The notes beneath the pieces are model-generated. The model had not been told where the DNA came from and did not search any database. It saw only the letters and a list, made by a program, of their open reading frames with translations. A DNA stretch of 32,052 bases from a virus (taxonomy: Duplodnaviria; Caudoviricetes), in the IMG/VR virus record IMGVR_UViG_3300032295_000405, positions 1-32,052 of that record; one strand, given 5' to 3'. This document shows, one piece after another, positions 1 through 5,853 of this stretch (positions are counted from its first letter, which is position 1; each line of letters opens with the position of its first letter). Position numbers and translations under genes: made by a program.

Positions 1-53
1 AATCCGAATAGCGTCTTTCGCGGCGGCAACCGCATGGACTTGGGCGTTGTCAT
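1..53 (-). CDS. Hypothetical early protein, 5' part only (MTTPKSMRLPPRKTLFG...), runs off the window
   Basis: ATG at 53 overlaps the TGA of the upstream gene (TGATG) and follows a GGGGAG SD; frame is open to the window edge. Confidence 0.5.
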   Translation of the reverse strand, partial: MTTPKSMRLPPRKTLFG

Positions 54-226
54 CACTCCCCCCGCACCTTCATGTACTTGTCGCAGTACTCCGCGAGGCC
101 ACGGTCATAGCCACGGCGGTAATAGAATCGCTGCTCACCAAGGTAGGGGTTGCAGTCAGCGCCGCTGTACCGCCCGTCGTAATAGCCACGGAACATGGCA
201 ATGCTGAATCGAATCAGGTCAGCCAT
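53..226 (-). CDS. Small hypothetical protein, 57 aa (MADLIRFSIAMFRGYYDGRYSGADCNPYLGEQRFYYRRGYDRG...)
   Basis: Translated by hand (below ORF-track cutoff); GGAGGAG SD; GYxDG...NPY...YxxGY pattern typical of small phage proteins; overlaps both neighbours. Confidence 0.75.
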   Translation of the reverse strand: MADLIRFSIAMFRGYYDGRYSGADCNPYLGEQRFYYRRGYDRGLAEYCDKYMKVRGE

Positions 227-386
227 AGGTTTTCTCCTCCACGTTGATGCTCTTGAGAGTCTCCTCTGGAGACAGTTTTGAAATCACTTTGAGCCACGCC
301 TCGATCTTGCTGTGGGCATCGACCGCCTCAATACGCACACTCTTTTCATGGGTGTACGAGATGTAATACTTCTTCGGATACGGCAT
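219..386 (-). CDS. Small hypothetical protein, 55 aa (MPYPKKYYISYTHEKSVRIEAVDAHSKIEAWLKV...)
   Basis: Translated by hand; fills the gap between neighbours in the same orientation. Confidence 0.7.
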   Translation of the reverse strand: MPYPKKYYISYTHEKSVRIEAVDAHSKIEAWLKVISKLSPEETLKSINVEEKTYG

Positions 387-388
387 GG

Positions 389-736
389 CTACACCATCAT
401 TCCGTAGCCAAGGAACTCGACGGAGTCCTTGACTTGCTGCAAGGTGACTCTAGGCGAGATGGATTCACCCATCTCGTCAGCCCCAAGAATCAGGCCGCGA
501 CCGGCTAAAGGCTGCGGATATCCACGGAACTTGAAGAACGGCGTGGCCTGTTCACGCAGTAGTCCCTCGTCATCGACGAAGATTCCGTCGTTCGAGTAGC
601 CAATGTTTACGACAGTAAACGCACGGCAACCGTCTCCGATGATGCGGCTAATCTCTCTGAAGTCCCCGTTGTAATCGACAACGGAGACCGTTTCGGTGTG
701 CGGGTCAATCAGTATCGCTTCCATTTTTTGCTCCAT
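389..736 (-). CDS. DUF3846-like conserved phage protein
   Basis: AILIDP...IFVDDEGLL...PLAGRGLILG motifs match my recollection of DUF3846; start placed at the TAATG overlap (alternative ATG at 724). Confidence 0.75.
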   Translation of the reverse strand: MEQKMEAILIDPHTETVSVVDYNGDFREISRIIGDGCRAFTVVNIGYSNDGIFVDDEGLLREQATPFFKFRGYPQPLAGRGLILGADEMGESISPRVTLQQVKDSVEFLGYGMMV

Positions 737-1017
737 TAGTCCTGCTGTAGCCAGCAAACGCGATTATCGATAGCGGGAATAAGTCCTACTCGGTAGTCTG
801 TGCAAAACAAAGCACCGGCATCGTTCCCTTCGTCGTCGCGGGAAGGCCACATGATGTGGCCGTTATCAAACTCAATAACAACTGAGCGGCTATCCCACCC
901 AAGTCGGCTAACTTCCAAGTCGTTAAGGTAGCGGACAGAAACAATCTTTCTGCCGACCAAAGCATTGGCAGCCTTGCTTGCCCAGTAGTCCGTAGCGGAC
1001 ACCTCATCTTTCGTCAT
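736..1017 (-). CDS. Conserved hypothetical phage protein (LVGRKIVSVRY...PSRDDEGNDAGALF)
   Basis: ORF track; GAGGGAGGG SD 6 nt before ATG 1017; the DDEGNxxG motif recurs in environmental phage early genes. Confidence 0.8.
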   Translation of the reverse strand: MTKDEVSATDYWASKAANALVGRKIVSVRYLNDLEVSRLGWDSRSVVIEFDNGHIMWPSRDDEGNDAGALFCTDYRVGLIPAIDNRVCWLQQD

Positions 1018-1019
1018 GT

Positions 1020-1190
1020 TCAACCCTCCCTCAAGAAATATTCACGACCGCTGTCATCTTCGTCCAACTCGTCTGGGTGCATCCCGTCCGTGTCGTAGTC
1101 CCAGATTTCGACATCGACACCATCCGGTGCCTCGATGACTTCGGGGATACCACGCCTGATGGTGACCACCACTCGCTTCTTCTCGTTCAT
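1020..1190 (-). CDS. Small acidic hypothetical protein, 56 aa (MNEKKRVVVTIRRGIPEVIEAPDGVDVEIWDYDTDG...)
   Basis: Translated by hand; strong GAGGAGG SD; fills the gap exactly. Confidence 0.8.
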   Translation of the reverse strand: MNEKKRVVVTIRRGIPEVIEAPDGVDVEIWDYDTDGMHPDELDEDDSGREYFLREG

Positions 1191-1212
1191 GCCTTGTCCT
1201 CCTCTTTGACCT
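1187..1212. repeat. 26-bp direct repeat, copy 1 (copy 2 at 1808-1833)
   Basis: TCATGCCTTGTCCTCCTCTTTGACCT vs TCATGTCTTGTCCTCCTCTTTGACCT, 25/26 identical. Confidence 0.9.
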
Positions 1213-1263
1213 CACTCCTCCACGCGCCGCCTCTGTGGAGGAGTGAGGCCAAAAGAGGCGGCG
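1201..1263. repeat. Nested inverted repeats (alternative hairpins)
   Basis: CCTCACTCCTCCAC (1210-1223) pairs with GTGGAGGAGTGAGG (1235-1248); loop sequence CGCCGCCTCT (1225-1234) pairs with AGAGGCGGCG (1254-1263). Confidence 0.85.
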
Positions 1264-1430
1264 TCATGTATCCAAGCGGATACAGACTTAACAGGCGCAG
1301 ACCAGTCTCCACGCACGACCTTCTTGATCTCAAGCGTGAGTTCGTCGATGACAGTATCCGCATCCTCGCTGTCTGGGTTTTCGATTCCATCGAATTCGAA
1401 AACGACAAGTGCCTGTAGTTTTTTACTCAC
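1212..1430 (-). CDS. Small acidic hypothetical protein, 72 aa (MSKKLQALVVFEFDGIENPDSEDADTVIDEL...)
   Basis: GTG at 1430 preceded by GAGGAGG and overlapping the upstream stop; protein-like composition. Confidence 0.7.
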   Translation of the reverse strand: MSKKLQALVVFEFDGIENPDSEDADTVIDELTLEIKKVVRGDWSAPVKSVSAWIHDAASFGLTPPQRRRVEE

Positions 1431-1587
1431 CCTCGACCTCCTCGTCGAAAAGCAACTCGTTGATTCTCGCCATGTCCGCGACCTCGTCCTCACTCATGTA
1501 CAGCAAGGCCGCAAGTAAGGCTTGCTTTGGGTCTAGAAGGCCGTCATCGACGGCCTCTAGGATTTGATTAGTAACCTTTCGCGTCAT
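1423..1587 (-). CDS. Small hypothetical protein, 54 aa (MTRKVTNQILEAVDDGLLDPKQALLAALLYMSEDEVADM...)
   Basis: ATGA overlap with upstream gene; resembles a common environmental-phage small protein family. Confidence 0.8.
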   Translation of the reverse strand: MTRKVTNQILEAVDDGLLDPKQALLAALLYMSEDEVADMARINELLFDEEVEGE

Positions 1588-1811
1588 GCCTTGTGGCTCC
1601 CCCTCGCACGGATGGCGTTGACGATTTCCTGCGCGTTGTTGTCCGACACGCACAGCCCGTAAACAATCGGGCAAATTGCCTCCCGCTCGGCCTCTGTCAC
1701 AAGGGCGGCGAAGCGTTCAGTTTTCTGCCAAGCGTCTTCGCTTGCTAGCCCCATAGCGTAGTCAGGGAATCCCGCCTCCCGCGCCATTTTGATAATGTCC
1801 TCGCGTGTCAT
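1584..1811 (-). CDS. Hypothetical protein, 75 aa, of the MTREDIIxMAREAG...ERFAALV...AIRARG type
   Basis: ATGA overlap and GAGGAGG SD; sequence pattern recalled from uncultured freshwater phages. Confidence 0.8.
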   Translation of the reverse strand: MTREDIIKMAREAGFPDYAMGLASEDAWQKTERFAALVTEAEREAICPIVYGLCVSDNNAQEIVNAIRARGSHKA

Positions 1812-1833
1812 GTCTTGTCCTCCTCTTTGACCT
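1808..1833. repeat. 26-bp direct repeat, copy 2
   Basis: 25/26 identical to 1187-1212; contains SD plus ATGA stop/start junction on the minus strand. Confidence 0.9.
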
Positions 1834-2218
1834 GCACTTGGCAATCAATCGTCCACGATTCGAGGTGGTACCTGTTCGGGTCGAGGTTCATCTTCCGCAG
1901 TTGCTCGCGGAACATCGCGGTGATGCCTTCGTAGAACCCTGCATCCACCAACTCATAAGCATCGGCCAACTCCACGCTCAACTTGTTTGGCGCGGGGTCG
2001 TCCTCGTCCACCATGTCCTCGTCCGGGTCTTCATCCCATGTCGTCCAGTACGAATCGCCATCGCCATCGGCGTAAGCCTCCTCCCATTCCTTGGGTGAGT
2101 AGTGCTTGTGCAAGCAAGCATCGGAGCAGTAATACTCACAGCCGCTGTCGATGCAGTAGCCCTCGTTCATACCAGCGCCGCACTCGTCGCAAGTACGGGC
2201 GTATTTCTTGTAGGCCAT
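1808..2218 (-). CDS. Zn-finger-like protein with acidic tract, 136 aa
   Basis: CDEC...YYCSDAC treble-clef-like Cys pattern; WDEDPDEDMVDEDD tract; GGAGGG SD. Confidence 0.8.
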   Translation of the reverse strand: MAYKKYARTCDECGAGMNEGYCIDSGCEYYCSDACLHKHYSPKEWEEAYADGDGDSYWTTWDEDPDEDMVDEDDPAPNKLSVELADAYELVDAGFYEGITAMFREQLRKMNLDPNRYHLESWTIDCQVQVKEEDKT

Positions 2219-2232
2219 AAATCAGCCCTCCA

Positions 2233-2252
2233 TTACACCGTATACGGTGTAA
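2233..2252. repeat. Perfect 20-bp palindrome TTACACCGTATACGGTGTAA
   Basis: Read directly; overlaps the last codons and stop of the GATase gene. Confidence 0.85.
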
Positions 2253-3168
2253 GTCCATCGTGTTCGAACAGGTCACGAATCCACTCGACGGCTTTAGCCG
2301 GGTCGTCGGCGACCAACTCCTCGGCCTCCTTCTCGTCCTCGTAGCAGTAGGCAAGCAACGCCGCAGCCTTCCACGGCGCGTCGGCTACCCATTGCTCAAG
2401 AGTGTCTCGGACGTAGCAGTTATGAGCCGACCGGACTATCGACCGAACCGACTCTGACGATACCGGCTTGACCGTAGTGTCCTTGGCGGCGCTGCTTTCC
2501 TTAACGGAATAGCCGCTGTCCCAGTCGTATTCCTGCCAGTAGTTGCCGTGGGCATACTTGCCGTAGTTGCCGTAGTTGCCGTAACTTTTGGAGCCGGGAA
2601 CATGAAACCCAAACTTGGACGGAGTCCAAGCGTAGGTATTGGACAACCACGCACCGTTGAAAACGACACCGGCAGAGCGATTGATGATGACGGTAGCACC
2701 GTCGCTAGTCATAAACCCAAACTTGTTTGACGTACCGATAAGGTCGCCGATAAACGATTGCCACTCTGGGTCGTGAACAAGGTACTTGTTCCCCTCGATG
2801 GCGGGTTGAATGATGTTGCGGATGAAGTGCCAAGTGTCCGACTTCGTCGGATCGTTGTCGTTACCGGCAGACAGCACACCGTTGTGAGCCATCCACAACT
2901 CATCGGTTACGAAGTAAGGGTGGCAATTAGTTAGGTCGATGTCGCCGTGAGTCTGCATACGAGCGTGCCAGATGCAGCGTCGGCCTTCGGCATACTGCCG
3001 ATAGAATTCGATGAATTCTGCGGCGGTAGCCGGAATGGATTTCTTGACAACTACCTTGCCATTCTCGGCATACATAATGCCGAGACCGTCACGGTTTTTG
3101 CTGTAGACATCGGTGAGGAAAGCGTCGGTGAAGACTACGTCTTCGGGTTGTTCAACGAGCAAGCACAT
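2233..3168 (-). CDS. Class II (Ntn) glutamine amidotransferase
   Basis: Met-Cys N-terminus (catalytic Cys1), NRDGLG, HARMQTHG, NCHPY, HNGVL and SDT motifs. Confidence 0.92.
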   Translation of the reverse strand: MCLLVEQPEDVVFTDAFLTDVYSKNRDGLGIMYAENGKVVVKKSIPATAAEFIEFYRQYAEGRRCIWHARMQTHGDIDLTNCHPYFVTDELWMAHNGVLSAGNDNDPTKSDTWHFIRNIIQPAIEGNKYLVHDPEWQSFIGDLIGTSNKFGFMTSDGATVIINRSAGVVFNGAWLSNTYAWTPSKFGFHVPGSKSYGNYGNYGKYAHGNYWQEYDWDSGYSVKESSAAKDTTVKPVSSESVRSIVRSAHNCYVRDTLEQWVADAPWKAAALLAYCYEDEKEAEELVADDPAKAVEWIRDLFEHDGLTPYTV

Positions 3169-3186
3169 ATTCCATTGTCTCCGTGG

Positions 3187-4581
3187 TTAGGCAGCGATTT
3201 GGTTCTGCTTTGAGCGTTCCCCGATATATCGGAGGAACGTCGCACATTCTTTCGGCATCTTCTTCTGAACGAAGTTCAGAAACCCGGCGGCATTGAGCGA
3301 CTTTAGGCTCGACTCAGCCGGTCGAGTAAACTCGACAAGGGCATGGACAAACTGGGCGGCGGCAACCACCGCGTCGTACTTCAGGGTTCCCCTGAAAATG
3401 CGAAACTCGATGGTGCGGCGATTGGTGAGGTTGATGGCCTCGTACCTATCCATGCTGACGTATGCGTTGCCGAGTTTCTTGGGATGGATTCGGCAGAATC
3501 CATTGGAGTATCGGCGAGCGACTGCTTCGATGAGCCACCGATTATCGGTGTCGTTCACGAAACACACCATCTTTGAAATCTGAAGATTCGTCATGCCACG
3601 CCGTGAAACGTGGACATGGAGACCGCAGGTCTCTGTATTGTGTGACTTCAGGCCGTTGGTAAGCCGGGAGTCGTTGAGGAAACCGAAGGTTTCCGTAATC
3701 ATCGGCAGCGACATAGGCTGTGTGATGATTTCAAAGCCGTTCCGTAAGGAACCGTCTCGCTCGAAAAACACTCGGTGACCTACGTCACCGTTGTTTATTT
3801 TCTCATGCAACCGATTGACGATATGCTTTCGGTCACCATCGGTGACCTCGACCTCCAACTCGACGCCCATGTGCCGACCGTAGGTCGCCGTCCACTTGTC
3901 GTCGATAGGCTCTTGCGAGTCTTTCGATGAATGGTAGTCGCCGAGAATCGGCGGTGAGTAATCTTCGTGGACGTAGCGATCCTCGTCCTCGTCATAGTTG
4001 AAGCAATCCGGCGGATTCTCGCCGTCAATCCATGTATCGCCGCCAAACTGGTCGGTAGCCATCACAGCGTCGTAACGGCGGATGTATTCTTCAGAATACT
4101 CCGACCAAACGTAGCGGTCTTCGATACATACACGGCAAATGGCATCGTTGCCTACAGATTGCGATTCATCGCAATACTCCAATTCGCCGCAATCGTCGCA
4201 AGTAATTAGGTCGAACCGCTCGTTCCGCAAGTACTCATCGACTACGTCGAAGTCCTCGCAATCCTTGGCGAGGTTGTGCATATCACGGACATCGCCGATG
4301 TATATGCTGTAACTATTGTGTTCGCACTTCATCACCACATCTACGATGTGGTAGCCCTCGGAAACCGAATGGGCGGCAAATTTCTGTAGAAAGTCCTCGG
4401 TATTGACAAATACCGAGGGGCTGATGCCGCTACTACGGCGATTCGCAATCATCACCTGAACAAGCCGTTTGGCTTGTTCCGGGTCTCGCCGCAACAAAGT
4501 CATAAAATGACGTTGCAGCGTTTCGCGGCCTTTCCCCGTCTCTAGACGGGATGTCAAATACGGCAACTTCAGCAAGTGCAT
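3187..4581 (-). CDS. Putative amidoligase (glutamine-synthetase/GCS-fold COOH-NH2 ligase, Amidoligase_2-like) with N-terminal Zn-finger region
   Basis: GVELEVE, RDGSL, GFEIIT, TCGLHVHV, RYEAIN and TIEFRIFRGTL motifs; CDDC/CRVC pairs upstream; ATG 4581 has a GGAG SD (ORF-track TTG 4626 less likely). Confidence 0.9.
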   Translation of the reverse strand: MHLLKLPYLTSRLETGKGRETLQRHFMTLLRRDPEQAKRLVQVMIANRRSSGISPSVFVNTEDFLQKFAAHSVSEGYHIVDVVMKCEHNSYSIYIGDVRDMHNLAKDCEDFDVVDEYLRNERFDLITCDDCGELEYCDESQSVGNDAICRVCIEDRYVWSEYSEEYIRRYDAVMATDQFGGDTWIDGENPPDCFNYDEDEDRYVHEDYSPPILGDYHSSKDSQEPIDDKWTATYGRHMGVELEVEVTDGDRKHIVNRLHEKINNGDVGHRVFFERDGSLRNGFEIITQPMSLPMITETFGFLNDSRLTNGLKSHNTETCGLHVHVSRRGMTNLQISKMVCFVNDTDNRWLIEAVARRYSNGFCRIHPKKLGNAYVSMDRYEAINLTNRRTIEFRIFRGTLKYDAVVAAAQFVHALVEFTRPAESSLKSLNAAGFLNFVQKKMPKECATFLRYIGERSKQNQIAA

Positions 4582-4635
4582 ATGCGGGTCTCCATTTACG
4601 GGTAGTCCATTCACACTTCCAACCAACCAGTCTGT

Positions 4636-4687
4636 TTACTGGTTCTGTAAGCACCTTCACAAAACAAGGTGCTTACAGAATCAGTAA
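4636..4687. repeat. 22-bp inverted repeat (1 mismatch) with 8-nt loop, upstream of the amidoligase
   Basis: TTACTGGTTCTGTAAGCACCTT-CACAAAAC-AAGGTGCTTACAGAATCAGTAA. Confidence 0.9.
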
Positions 4688-4718
4688 CCAACCAACCCGG
4701 CGACTCTCACCGATGTAC

Positions 4719-4747
4719 TTTGTACACCGGCAAGAGCCACCAGTCAA
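4719..4747 (-). promoter_or_regulatory. Sigma70-type early promoter for the amidoligase operon
   Basis: Minus strand TTGACT-N17-TACAAA in an intergenic position. Confidence 0.6.
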
Positions 4748-4751
4748 TGGG

Positions 4752-5036
4752 TCAGTTCCTGACCCACCGTCCCTCGTCACCGACCGAAAAAGCACCCATC
4801 CATTGGATGGAACGAGCCGCGGCCTTAACCTGACCGGGATGCTTTGCCCATTTGGGCAAATAGGCTTTCTTGGCGACATAGGCCATGAAGTTACGCACCT
4901 CATCATCGGAACGATGATGGGCAGAAAGGAACCAGTCAGCCAGTCGCACACCGTCAATCCGCTCACGCCGAACCGCCGACAGATTGCCGGACAGCGAATT
5001 CGCAAACTTGATGCCACGTTCGAGATGGATGCCCAT
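4752..5036 (-). CDS. Hypothetical basic protein, 94 aa; first gene of the leftward arm
   Basis: GGAG SD before ATG 5036 (MGIHLERGIKF...); same orientation as the early operon. Confidence 0.65.
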   Translation of the reverse strand: MGIHLERGIKFANSLSGNLSAVRRERIDGVRLADWFLSAHHRSDDEVRNFMAYVAKKAYLPKWAKHPGQVKAAARSIQWMGAFSVGDEGRWVRN

Positions 5037-5123
5037 GTTCGTCTCCGTAGTGTTCAATGTACACCGGCTAAATCCAAACCCGCCAACCATTGTGCCGATT
5101 CAATGGGGGCTGTAAGGGGGGAA

Positions 5124-5180
5124 GACTCTGAAAGAATTTTCCTCCCTCACAAATCTCGGGAGGAAAATTCTGAAAGAGTC
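5124..5180. repeat. Inverted repeat: 6-bp stem, GAA/GAA internal loop, 14-bp perfect stem, 11-nt loop
   Basis: GACTCT-GAA-AGAATTTTCCTCCC-TCACAAATCTC-GGGAGGAAAATTCT-GAA-AGAGTC. Confidence 0.85.
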
Positions 5181-5218
5181 AGGGGGATTCAAAGAGACAA
5201 GATCTTCTTTATGAAGAA

Positions 5219-5308
5219 GCAATCTCATATGCCATTAGAGATGCAATTTCTAATGCCAACAGGAGTTGGCATGAAATTGCTTATATCTCTTAATGGCATA
5301 TAGATTGC
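5219..5308. repeat. Long imperfect inverted repeat (arms about 42 nt, AGGA loop)
   Basis: GCAATCTCATATGCCATTAGAGATGCAATTTCTAATGCCAAC-AGGA-GTTGGCATGAAATTGCTTATATCTCTTAATGGCATATAGATTGC; arms differ only by bulges. Confidence 0.85.
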
Positions 5309-5334
5309 ATTTGATGCGAGGGTCACACTAGAAT
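5305..5334 (+). promoter_or_regulatory. Sigma70-type promoter for terS/late operon, possibly leaderless
   Basis: TTGCAT-N18-TAGAAT, then 6 nt to the terS ATG; no well-placed SD. Confidence 0.55.
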
Positions 5335-5340
5335 CCGGCT

Positions 5341-5742
5341 ATGTACACCGAAAGACACGCCAAACAACGGCAGAAGACAGCCAAATGGGCTGTCTTCGCG
5401 GCAGCCTATGTCGAGACCGGCAATGCCACGGCATCGGCCATAAAGGCCGGATATTCCGAAAAAGGAGCCGCCAAGACCGGATGCAAACTCCTAAAGGAGC
5501 CGAAGGTTCAGGAGTTCATTGCCTCTACGAGGCAAAAACTTGTGGATAAAGCGGAAGTCAACGCTGAATGGGTCATTCAGCGACTCAAAGAGGAGGCGGC
5601 TAGTGCCGAAAACCCTTCTGCAAGGGTTAAGGCACTAGACCTTCTGGCGAAGCATCTCGGCATCTATGCTCCAGAACAGTCACAAGTGACTGTTAACGAA
5701 GGTTTTTTTGCCGACATCGGCGACGGCGAGACATCCCATTAA
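5341..5742 (+). CDS. terS: Terminase small subunit
   Basis: FAAAYVETGNATASAIKAGYSEKGA...KLLKEPKV HTH and KALDLLAKHLG motifs; directly upstream of terL. Confidence 0.92.
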   Translation: MYTERHAKQRQKTAKWAVFAAAYVETGNATASAIKAGYSEKGAAKTGCKLLKEPKVQEFIASTRQKLVDKAEVNAEWVIQRLKEEAASAENPSARVKALDLLAKHLGIYAPEQSQVTVNEGFFADIGDGETSH

Positions 5743-5853
5743 GGGATGTCTTCCCTTCTAGGGAATCGCAAGATGCCGAAGGCATCCTAAAGGCATAGGT
5801 GACCTATATCCGCACAAGGCGACATCACGCAGCAGGGGGAGGGGGGTGCTTCC

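Noticed and set aside
1187-1408. 73-aa alternative-frame ORF ending EVKEEDKA
   Set aside because: No SD and Ser/Arg-rich composition; the overlapping 1212-1430 frame is more protein-like
4551-5303. 250-aa plus-strand ORF
   Set aside because: Antisense to early genes, runs across the promoter and several hairpins, has no SD and no recognisable motifs; probably a chance ORF
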